Of a DNA stretch of 64,000 nt, positions 36,201 to 47,856 are shown piece by piece (within the stretch, counting starts at the first letter, position 1; each line of letters opens with the position of its first letter). The notes below the pieces were generated by a model that did not search any database, had not been told where the DNA came from, and saw only the letters and a list, made by a program, of their open reading frames with translations. The position numbers and the translations under genes are program-made. The stretch is from positions 28,582,001 to 28,646,000 of the forward strand of contig JBHGNT010000001.1 of NCBI GenBank assembly GCA_043228905.1, read 5' to 3'. This DNA is from Azolla caroliniana. Its lineage: Eukaryota; Plantae; Polypodiophyta.

Positions 36201-39200
36201 CGCATATGATTTGCAGAAATTTTTGCTGCAGCCCTGTATCTAAACAACTAACCCTTAGAAAAATCTCCCTTTGCCTAATTCTTAAATAGGCAAGCCTCTC
36301 AGCTGCATTTTCTGGCTTGTCCGCATCTTCCTCCTCAAAGTCCATCTTTTTGTAGCTGCCTCCATCACGACCAATACTTCCACTAAATTCATCTTTAGTC
36401 TCAATTCCAGCACCTTCCTTACCTTCTACACCTTTCCGTTCTCCAGGTTGGCCATATTCTCTGTCAAAATCATGAAGCGTCCGTGCCCTTGTCCTCCCTC
36501 CTCCACGATAATGGCGCACTCCATAGTCTAGAAAGCAATATCAAATCAGAGGATAGAATTGTGATCCTAAGTAATAAAATTCAAGTAGCACTAAATCACA
36601 CAATATTGGATACTGAAAGTTTGAAATTTCCTTCAAGTGATGTAATAAGAAGATATTCTTCAATTCTTTTTCTGTTGTTTAATATCGTATCGTTATCTTA
36701 TATATAACTCCTTCAATAAGGTGGAATGCCCAGAATTATACATGGTTGATTTGCGTAACCAGACTAAAAGCTTTAGCAGTCTCAAAAATAAGCTTACAAT
36801 ATACTTCTAGAAAGCCAAGAATTGAAAATTTGAATGCCTCACATGCAATTTCAAAAAAGAAAAACGTAGGCATGTCAGACACTGGATTATATTCCTGGCT
36901 ACCTACTTATCCAAGTAGATAGAAAACAATGCTGTCATTCTAATGTATTATTGGAAGCATTAGGGATGGTATCCCAAATTACCAACAATACATTTGATTT
37001 ATGTATTAATAATACATATCCAAAGCCCACTTCCAATTCTCTGTTGATACTGACTTCAGCTCAGAGTATTATGGAAGCCCAGAGTTGAACACTGAGATGG
37101 AAATCAAGAAACTCTAAGAATGGGCTATCTTATCTTTGAGTTTCAAATTCAACAATGCCTGTAATGTCATGCACAGAAAAGCTGCCTGGAGTCATAATAC
37201 CTTGACAACAAAGAATACATCAGGTGAATTCATACTCTCAACAATCTACCTTAAGAGCAGAAAAGAACCATGTTGGCATATGCTAGGGATGAATAGGAAA
37301 GGAGAAAACTGTGACATTTGTCTAAGCTCATGAATGGGTCATAACATGCTTTGTAGACATGGGAACAAGGGCTTACATAGAGTCTTCTGAATTCATAACG
37401 AGTAATAGATTCCAATGGGTGGTAGAATACCAATCAAAGTGCTAACTTGAAACTTGCTAATGAAGCTTCGAAATGGTGGTAGAATACCAAGCAAGTGCTA
37501 ATCTAGCTAAAACTTCACCATCACAACTAATAGGAGAGGATATAAGACAATAGAAACCACATGTGAAGCTTCCAGGTCGACTCATGCTGGTCTTGCAATT
37601 TTCAAGAGGCAGGAAGCAAATTAAGTCATTGTTAAATAATGCCATAAAAGAAAAACCAACAATACGAACTCATAGCACCACCTATGCTCCGTGCTCAAAA
37701 ACGTTACTCAAAATATTTGAAAGCACACATACATTGGAATGCGGTCAAATGATGATCCTTATCAACTATAACTGCAGAAAGACCAGAGGTTCTTGACTGC
37801 AACAAAAGACAGCATCAATAAGTTCATGTTAATAAAGAAAGTAAATCCACATTATTTATGAAAGTAAATCCTCATTATCTTCAGATAATTAACATAGCCC
37901 ATCTAATGAAAACATCTTTGGAACTATACAAAATGTACTTTATCCATCGCAAAGAAGACAAGGTCACTCATGCTAGTATTTGCATTGCAAGCATACTTAC
38001 TTTTGGAGAAATTCCGAAATATTAGAATACTTCTTTAATTCCCCAAATGCCCTTCAGTTTTCATTGATTTCCAAAATGCCCCCATCCAATCCAACAGAGA
38101 CAAGAAACGGGTTCATTATTGTTGTGCTCATAAACTCTCATAATTCTCAAATATCAGAGTTTGTCTTTACTACCCCAAATGCCCTTCAGTTTTTATTGAT
38201 TTCAAAATGTTCCTGTTCAACCCAATAGAGACGGGCACGGGGTCACCCTCTGTCTATTTAAAGCATTTGCCTATCTTTAACATGCACCTTACCTGTACAG
38301 ATAATTCACTATTGCATGCATGAAAGTTTTCCATTCTTTCCCCTTCATCCCCTTTGGACTGTGTCGAAAGCCTTCTAAAATGTACAAACCAGCAGTACAC
38401 TGGTTGTTCTTTACGCTATTTCTCCTCCATTATTGCCCGCAGAAAACAAGATGATCAATATTAGCATGTGTTTGGAGAACAAAGCTGCTTGTCCACCAAC
38501 AGTCTTCTTGTATTTTCAGCCCATTAACAGAATTAATGTTCATAATATTGCAGTAGGAGTTACCCATAACAAGATCGTCTAGTAATCATGCAAGATTATT
38601 GTGGGCTGATTTCTACTCCCTTTTGAATAGTTTCTTGATCCAATTATCTTGCTAGCAGAAGAAAAATTGTGTGCTGCCTGCTTTAATAATGCATCTATTC
38701 CTTCTTTGGCCACTGGGACCAATCCATTTTAGTATTGAACAGTTATAGATGAAGTGTATATGCATCCAGCCCTGCCAGTTTTAAGTTTTTTCAAGTTTTT
38801 CATATTGCCGTAAACTCAAAAGCTTCCCTTGCATTCCAAAAAACATGTTGGTTCACCGTGCATAATTGGCCACATATATCAATAAGTAAATCAGGGAAAA
38901 ATTGTCGATAAAGAGAATGTGTTGGTCATCCTATACATGCATGCAAGGATTGAACATATGCAGGTAGAAATCACTGCCTTTTGCCAGACCCGTATGATGA
39001 CATGCATGCATAGAAAGAAATCATGGTCAGTTGGCCAATGCAACCAACTTTGATATTCTATGGCACTAGTTTTCTGTATTATGTTGTTGATCAGGCAAAT
39101 CAATAAGGTTAAGCTGTTAAATTATATTTCTCCATCGGTCTATGAATGGAATGAATGGATGGTTATGTGTGAGCAGGTCATTATATGCCAGGTTCTTATA

Positions 39201-40923
39201 ACTATTTTCCTAAAGAAGTGCATTAAAGGGGTTTTGGATCCATGACGAGTATATTGAAAACATAATCACTTATGATACACAATAGATTTGTTTGCTTTGA
39301 CATGAATTCAACTTATAGCCTATATTTAATATTTAGTCAGATATATAATTAAGCACACAATAGTTCATACTTCATGTTTGGACACTGGTATCATGCTTCA
39401 TGCTTCATTTTAATATCAGTATGTTGTTATTTGTTGTGATATATTCTCATATCTAATCTAATTTTGTAAATTCCAGTTTTTCAACACTAATAAGTCTAGA
39501 TTGTTTAAATGCAAGATTTACATTATCTTTATGATGTATAATATATATAATACTAAAATTTAAACTTCTTTTAGGGATTTATGTTTGTCGTTTTATAAGG
39601 GAATCAAAATAGTACGTCCCCTATTTATTCACCAGTTTCAAAGTATAATATTACGGCTAGAAGACTGTCCCATTTTCCTTGACTCTAGTAGGGTGGAAAT
39701 CTTGAGTAAATATCCCTAATACAGGGTAATGCAATAAATTTCTCCACTTTATAACATCTATTGCAGTAAATTTTCTATTCTTTTGCTTCACACAATATCA
39801 TCTTACCAAGAGGTACAAGCTCTCAACCTATATTTAATCATACCTTTGCCACATTTGTTTAAAAATAACAATATGATTCAAAATGAAAATACTGACAGTC
39901 CAATTTCAAATGAGATTTTAGCTATAGGAAGTTCAAAAAGCTCACCGTTGCAAGGAAATCATTTTTATTCCTACTCAAACAACTGATCTGAGATCTTTCT
40001 TGCCTTGCAGAAAGCAGCAATCCCTATTTTGTCACCAAATGAGAACAAAAAAGAAATGAGAATAAATTTTAAAAATGTGTGCATACAACAAAATGCATAA
40101 AGAACTGCACTCTATTTAATTTCATTTACCTCTGTTGTACTGTTGGATACAATACATACTTGTTGGGTATAATATATACAATATATACTTTCTGTGAATA
40201 TAATACTCTAGCAATCAACATGGCTAAGAGCTTAACCATGGTGGTAAGAACTGTCAAAATCTAAAATTCAGCAGTCAGTACTGCATTATGAAGATTCGGC
40301 AATTGAAATGGTTCAGAGTTTCCAATACAATATATACTTTCTGTGAATATAATGCTCTAGAGATCAACGTGGCTAAGACCTAAACCATGGTGGTAAGCAC
40401 TGTCAAAATCTAAAATCAGCAGTTAGTACTGCATTATGGGGATGAGTGGTCATTGAAGTGTTTCACAGTTTCCAATAACAAGGAGTTTAAATACTCAGTC
40501 AACACACTTAGAGCTGCTACTCAACTTGGAAAATTGACACAGACACAGTCCGATCTGGAACTGAGGTTTGGGGAGGAAATATTTCAACAAGATTATTGAG
40601 TGAAACAGAGAAATATAAAGCAAACATACATCATTATTTAGCGGCACAACTCCATACTCCACAACACTTATAAAAACTAGAAAGCAATGGGGTTTCTTCC
40701 ATTTAAAGTTTTACAAAATACATATTTGAAGCAAGAAAAATGCCTTGAGGGAAACCTCGCTAAATGTAATATCAAATCTTTTTTTTACCTGAGGAGAAAG
40801 CGATTGGTTGCGGTCGAAAACCTTCGAAAGAGCAGCATTTTGGGTAGCAGTAGTAGTATTCGTAGTAACAGCAGTAGAGGAAGATGGAATCTTGGCCAGG
40901 ATTTTGAGTAATCCTGCCCTCAT
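33283..40923 (-). CDS. RPS5: Mitochondrial ribosomal protein uS5m; exons 40923-40789, 37796-37733, 36527-36253, 36151-36101, 36027-35920, 35851-35756, 35686-35588, 35500-35441, 33405-33283 (336 aa)
   Basis: [17 protein letters not shown]|[27 protein letters not shown]...|[15 protein letters not shown]...|VRLWP...[12 protein letters not shown]|[18 protein letters not shown]|[10 protein letters not shown] is the S5 domain of plant mitochondrial type. All introns are GT-AG with consistent phases. The first two exons are inferred from splice sites and phase only. Confidence 0.85.
33826..33940. repeat. 57-bp tandem duplication in the last RPS5 intron
   Basis: TTCCAACATGGAATGTATAACATTAAAATGGTCATCTTCCAAAGGGGCATGCATTAT occurs twice. 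Confidence 0.9.
38290..38830 (-). mobile_element. Degenerate LINE (RTE-like) reverse transcriptase fragment
   Basis: Broken minus-strand frames give [33 protein letters not shown] and KAFDTV, matching the non-LTR RT motif GQAGFR...IDH...CFVDFRKAFDTV. Confidence 0.6.
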
Positions 40924-41135
40924 CTCTCTCTTTCGCTACTCTCTCGGACTCAGACCCTGTGAAGAAGAAGAGGAAGAAGAAGAGGAAGAAGAAACAGAGG
41001 ATGAATACACACCTACACACGTAAGTAATTAAGAGAGAAACCTCCAAACTCTCTTAAATTACATATGTAGCCCCCTCCAAAAACACAACAAAACCCCACA
41101 TGCACCGGCTTACACACTCAATCGAGCCTTTTGCT

Positions 41136-41195
<60 letters not shown>

Positions 41196-42217
41196 GCGTC
41201 CGGAGATACTAGCTCTTGGTATAACACTGTCGTAAGTTGGTTACTTGCAAATGGCATAGACATTAATAACCTACCTCCCCTTAAGCAATCATGGGACTGA
41301 TCAAACTTTAATCTCTCATGAGGACCATAATAAAGTAGTACGCCAAGAAATATGGCAATTTTACACTCGATATAAATGGACCACCCCACAAGAACCACGG
41401 AACACTTCATGCACTTCTCTAAGTTAGGTTTTATTACACGACCAAAATATCTAGATACATTCTTATCAAATGCATTAAGGGTGGCCATTGGACAACTTAG
41501 GATATCATCTCACCAACTTGAGATTGAGAATGGTCGTGCTAATAGAGTTCCTAGAGAGGAAAGGCTATCTAGGTTATGTCGCATAGAGATAGAGAATGAG
41601 TATCACTTTACATGCAAGTGTCCAACTTATGCCGAGATAAGGCAAAATACTAAGACATACTAGGACCATCTCCAAACTATTAGATACCCCAGATATAAAG
41701 AGACTAGGTAAGTATATTGTATCACTAAAACAACATAGGGAGAATAAACTACAAAGTGTTAACCATAACCATTATAATATTCACCAACATGTAACTAATA
41801 TAAATTTTCAGGAACAAGGGGAGACGATGAATGTGGACACACCTACACCACTCGGCCTCTCTCTTGATGAAGTAGAAATGCAAAGAACAACCAAACACCC
41901 TCGAATGTCGGGCTTCAAAGCAACTTGGCGTGGAGTACAAACAATTAAGAAGATAAGGGAACGTGAGCTACGCCGCCTAGAAGCTATGGTTGGGGTACCT
42001 TTTACATTGGGGCCACGGGCCACATCCCACGTTGAAACCCTTTGACCTCCCGCTTCTTTTCGAGAGACTTGGATGGAAATGAAACTAGGCTTAGTATAAA
42101 GTCATGTTTTTTACTATAACTCTTTAGCTTAAGTTCTATTTTATTATTTTTTACTTTCGATGTTTTTGTTGTAAACCAATTGTCTCATGAGCCAAATTTG
42201 GTCTTAGAAGACGTTAA

Positions 42218-42219
<2 letters not shown>
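41196..42219 (+). mobile_element. 5'-truncated LINE 3' end between (TC)n/(TA)n and (CT)n tracts
   Basis: ORF 41376-41663 has LRISSHQLEIENGR...PREERLSRLC...ENEYHFTCKCPTYAEIR, a C-terminal Cys/His domain of non-LTR ORF2. Absent from the paralogous promoter at about 30650. Confidence 0.75.
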
Positions 42220-42258
<39 letters not shown>

Positions 42259-44254
42259 TCGTCATTGCCCCATGATGATGTCATCTCCCCAATATAACCC
42301 TCTACTTAGTTTTCCAGTATTTCTCCAAATGCCACTATGCATTCGGTTCCCTCCTCAACATGCCCTCTCCAAACAAAAGGGAATACAATCTCATTCAACA
42401 TTGTAAATTCATTCAATTAGCCAACATGGGTTGAACATGTGTGGTTGTTAGGATTCAAGCCCAAGTCTCCACGACCACAATCTCAATCTTATTGGGAATT
42501 CATTCAACAACCCAACATGAGATGAAGATGTGTGGTTGTTAGGATTCAAGCATAGGTCTCCATGGCCACTGGCCAAAACATCGAAGTCTAACCATTAAAC
42601 TACAACCAAACATGAAAATATGCCTATCTCAAACGTACTTTTTGGAATATCTAACCACGAATACAAATTTAGAAGCAATATTCGTTGCTTGTGTGCTCGC
42701 AAAGCAGAGTTCATTTCGAGTTTTGTTCAGTAAATCAAACAACACGGTTCTTTCTAGAAAAAAGGACAATCACATTCATCATTTTTAATTCATTCAATCG
42801 ACCAACATTATTAAAAATGTATTCACTACTTGTATGCTTGCAAACCATGCTTCATTTTCATGGATGATTCCATGGATTAGCATTGTTCCGTTCATTATAA
42901 TCAAACAACAAGGTCCTTTCAAGAACAAAAGACAATCACATCAATCACCTTAAATTCATTGAATCAACCAATATGAGATGAAGATATGTGATTGTTGGGA
43001 TAGTCTCATTCATTGTTTTTAATTTATTCACTCGACCAACATTATTGAAAAAGGATTCGCTACTTGTATACTCATTTAAGACACGAGCATTAGACTACGA
43101 GGTGTGGTTTCTGCGATTCTACCAATGGCTCAACCTGGAAATTTCTCCAAGGTTTTGGCTAATGGTCCAAGTACCACCACGTGGATTTGCAATCCTAGAT
43201 ATATCGAGTCATTACTCAATCACAATGGCAGATAAAATAAATAAATATCTCATTTGCATTCAGTTCCAAGATTCCATTCTTCAAAGAGGCCATAAAACTT
43301 CTCTTCTCAAATCAACAATTAAAGAATTTTTGACAGCTTGCTCCTCTATCCACATCAATTGGTCCAAAAATGAGGCTTATTCAGTCTTTCCAAACATCAT
43401 TAGGCTACCATGGTTTTGAATCCCATTCCCTTTGAATTTTTTTAGTTGCAAGATGCACATTACAGGTCTCCATGTTGAGCATACTCTCAAGTAATTTCAA
43501 AAAAATAGGTAATGTCCTGTGTACAAATAGAAATAAATTATATCAATAAAAATAGCTAGGCCCCATCAAAGTATCTTTGGGATTCTTTACTTGGCATTAC
43601 GTCTTATTCCTTTCTGTGGTTTTATATTATCCCAAAAAAATAAATTTGTATATCATAGTCTCCATCTCTATGATGCAAATGTCCATGTTGGAATAAAAAC
43701 TAGCTTGCTATTCTCTGTCATGAAATATCCATCTTGAAGCACAAAATTAATGAGTAAACAGAAATATGTTTTGTCCACATATAATCCAATAATAAAAAAG
43801 ACGCAACTACATTGACAGCAATGGATTGTAGCAATTAAAATCTAGAGCTCAAGTGGGATACATGAGAAAATAGCTGACGCTCAATGTCTAGAATGCATTG
43901 CTCAAATCCATTTTGTAAAATGGTTCATATTTATTAAATCCAAGCGATGAAATGAATGCCAATTAACTTGGTAAGCTTTGCGACAACGCAAAGTCATCAC
44001 CTAACCTATGCCACATTAAGCTTTTGGTCACCTTTTCGAAACAACTACATATATCCACCAGCAACAGTCAATTAAGATTAGAATACTTTTCTTCCTAGTT
44101 ACTAGAATAAATGATATTCAGAACAATCCAGTGCATGGAATGTGATTGATCTTGGAAAAACCTGACACAGATAAGAGTGGCATACTTTTTATCTAAATGT
44201 GTGTACGTATAGTTGTGGGCTCTATAAAATCGCAAAGTTATGACAAACTCTATT

Positions 44255-44372
44255 TCATAGCACATATGAGCTTATTTTCTTGTACTCAGGATTTGGTTTT
44301 CCTTTAGCATCAAGTATTAGATGGCGCTCAACAACTGCACGCCAGTACTTCGTATTCTTTTGGAGTCTTGAT
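44255..44372 (-). pseudogene. RPS5: Orphan duplicate of the RPS5 last exon with a 5-nt frameshifting deletion
   Basis: Copy of 33283-33405 but 118 nt instead of 123. Upstream RPS5 homology stops at about 45021, within the intron. Confidence 0.9.
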
Positions 44373-45229
44373 CTGCACACAAAAATCATAAAAAAGTTTA
44401 ATCGTGTACTTTAAAACCTTGGGAGACTAGCACAACTTTTTAAAAACAGAAATCTTCAATGTTACCATAGAGAAACAAGATCATTTATACAACCACAATT
44501 TGTGCATAGTGATGTGTATAAATTTCCACTCGAAAGAGAACAGAGTAGCCCCTTAACACATCCGTGGCGGAAAAAGAAAATAAGCGCACAAATGTTTTTC
44601 GTTTCAAAATTATGGAATATCATTGCTAAAGAAAAGTATTTCAGTTGGCAGGGATCACTCTTTATTTGGATCGATTGTTCACATAAAGGGAGGAGAAATT
44701 ATAAAAAAGTGATTTTTTCTTACAACTAAAAATGCTCGTGAAAAAGTGATGCAATTTGCTTTGTTGTGTGGAAGGAATATGAAGTAAGCGTGATAAGTGA
44801 AAAGAAAATAGAATTGCTACCATGTCTAAAAGAGTCAAGGCTACCTCTGGATTCACCTTAGTATGATACTTACATATGTTACAAATAAAGAGAGAAATTA
44901 AACACAAAACATTAGAATATTATCTTAGTAAAAATGGACACAAATACCAGATCACCTAACTCTTTTTCTCAGAGGCCAACAGACCAAAAGAAACTGGGTA
45001 TTCTTCACCTAAATTGGTAGTCAATACAAATTGGCATAAATTAATTCTTGTTTGAAAGACTTTGTTAATTTAGTTTCGTGTCTACTTCTATGCATCTAGA
45101 TCATATTGCATTTGCACAATTTGGTTCGTGGTTCACATAATTTAACTCAATTTTCTTTATCTCCATCTCTGTTTTATCTAAGTTCTCTTGTATTAATGCA
45201 AATTGGTTATTGCATACATGAGTTGGCAT

Positions 45230-45482
45230 TGGTCAGCCCAATAAATCTTTGGATTCTATGGAAACAACGGTGTAGACGGGTCTTCTCCAACCAAACCGTG
45301 CAACCAATAGTGTTAATGCAAGAGATATGGAGTGACGTGGTAGCCACTCTAAAGAGCCAATATGATGACCTCCACATAAGATGGACCTATTGTGTCCCTA
45401 CAGGGATTTGTATATACTAATCTCATATGTAAAATTTTATAACTAATGGAAGGAGTTTTTTTGGGGGGAATTATTATTATTA
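45230..45482 (+). mobile_element. Short LINE 3' fragment
   Basis: NLWILWKQRCRRVFSNQ...QEIWSDVVATLKSQY resembles the 19050-19499 peptide. (TTA)n tail; flanked by TTGGCAT (45223-45229, 45483-45489); absent from the paralogous site near 23230. Confidence 0.65.
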
Positions 45483-47856
45483 TTGGCATATCAATTGCTG
45501 ATAACACATCCTTTCATTTTTATGCATTCAGGAGTTGTTGCAGTTGAACTTTCAATACAGTCATAGAGTAAATGTTTGGAATCCAAAATCCTCTCTTTCG
45601 CTTTTTGGCTGTTGGCTTTGTGAAGTACTCCATAGCATCAAAAGTCATAAATTTGAGAGATCCCTTCCACTTCCTTGCCATCTCGTATATTTTAAAAAAT
45701 CGACAGTGTTAGAAAAGTAAATATCCTTACCCATGTTAAATTTTATTTGGATTTTCATACATTTTTGGAAATCCGTTACTTATTTAGCTTTCTTTTGGAA
45801 ATCTCCAGTAATATCTAAAGCAAGTTGAAGGTCTCCTTGTTTACCTTGATGAGAGTGAGCACTACCATCATTTTTGTTTTCTTATGAAATGGTTTGAATG
45901 CTATATCTAAAATGCACCCACTTGTTATATCTAATCTTAGTGAGTACTACCATGATTTTTGTGGTTCTTTTTGCATATTGTTGTTATGATTTTAGTGATT
46001 CTTAGTGACTACTACCATCAGGGCTTGTAATATGCTTATCATACAATAAACCACATCTTATATTTTGAAGCCTTGATTTACTATTTCATAGCTATGGGAA
46101 CATTTATATATCATCAAGTAACCTACTCAATAAATGCACCATTATATTGAATAGAGCTAGTTGCAAGCTTAAATATTCCTTCCAACATCTGATATTGAAA
46201 TAGAGAATATCACGCAGTGACAAACAACGTAAGTACTAGAAATAAAAGAGCATCAATCTTAAATTCCAATGAATACGATCTTTACGTTCTCAAGATTTCT
46301 AGAAAATTGAGGTTGTACTAACTTTCTTGCATTGATGAGGACATTTTTTATTGATCTACCTCAAAAACCGCCCAACTAAAACAACTTTTTTACAACAATT
46401 GTTGCTTCCGTGGCTCATGTTGGCCACCTCATTTTAAGACACAATCAAAATTGGTAACAATTACATTGTAGATGATTAGCCACAATTTGTAAACAAGTCC
46501 TCAATCAATCTTATCCAATAATATAGCTAGCTGGCAAACAACATGCATAAACTGCAAACTAGAACTTATGAGGTAGACAATCAAGAGGTATCTGGACACA
46601 ATTCAACTTCCCCCACCATGCTAGCCTTGGCTCAAATGACTTCAAAAATGTTATTTACCATGACAATCACATCATTATAAAAAGCAAGTCAATCAAAGAT
46701 ATTCACAATTAATGAGGCAACAAAAAAATCTAAATACATTGCAAATTGGAACTGCAATGAGGCACTTTAGACGCATTTGGAAAGAAAGGAAGAGATCAGG
46801 GTTGGATGAGACATGCTTCTCATTATACAGGTGCACCACAGCATAAAGAAAAGTTTTCCTCAAGTGGACTGATTTAAATGAGATACATGCAAACCACTAA
46901 ACACAGAACTTTACAACACTAAGATGGGATCCCAACATCCAATAATACATGTAGTAGAATGAGATGCAAGGGTTTGATACATAATTGATCCAACGTGATT
47001 TCTCAAAGCACAAGTCTAATTTGTAACATTATGTGATTCCTGTCTTATGGAATTCCATGTCTCTATAGATGAGACTTACATCTATGCATAATATTAGTAG
47101 ATTCTGATACAATGGCTAGGTTACATTATTTCTGTCCTGTGGGATCAAGATGTGTGAACGCATCATCAATGAGGAAAACAAATATCAGATACAATGTACA
47201 TTCTTCTTTAGCATAATATTGGTTTTTGGCATAACCGTGATGTCATAGATTGTAGGCAAGGTTTCACCAGTAAAGACTAGGATGTTGATCTGAAGACTGC
47301 TATGTCCAACAAAGCTTTTACCCAGGGGCCAGGGGTAGCCTGGTGTGTAAGCACAGCAATGAGATGCAAACTCATTTGTGTCTCTCATTAAATGTGCAAA
47401 GTTATATTCTTATGCACTCTCAAGGTAGACTCTCATTAAATGTGCGAAGTTATATTCTTATGTCTACCATATCATTGTTTGACTTCTGGATACATTTCAT
47501 GCTGAGAGTTATTGGGTAAAATAACATGAAATATTCGCATTTTGTTACATACCATCACAGCTAGTGTGATGAAGATCAAAATTTATTTGTATCTTATATC
47601 ACCGATTCAAGACCATACTTCTGTTTCTAGTTTTCCACTTCTGCCAAAAATCCAAGTAAACCTAACACAGAACACATTGCGCTCTCAAGTGATGATCAAT
47701 GTGAGCTTGCTTTCACAGAGGACCAAATGTTTACATTCTCAATTTTTGATCCAGTCCACACCATTTGAATAGGCAAAATTAATATCTAGCTACTAATATA
47801 GCAAAACATATGAGCGTTGGACTTGGTCCAGAGAAAAAGAAACCTGTAGAACCATA

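Larger units (their letters stand above)
39065..45021. repeat. Segmental duplicate of about 28045-34418 (RPL4 intron-1 pieces, exon 1, promoter, RPS5 3' flank, RPS5 last exon and part of last intron)
   Basis: Collinear matches: 28051-28119/39069-39136, 28163-28306/40603-40746, 30230-30650/40755-41138, 30690-34418/42290-45021. Confidence 0.9.
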
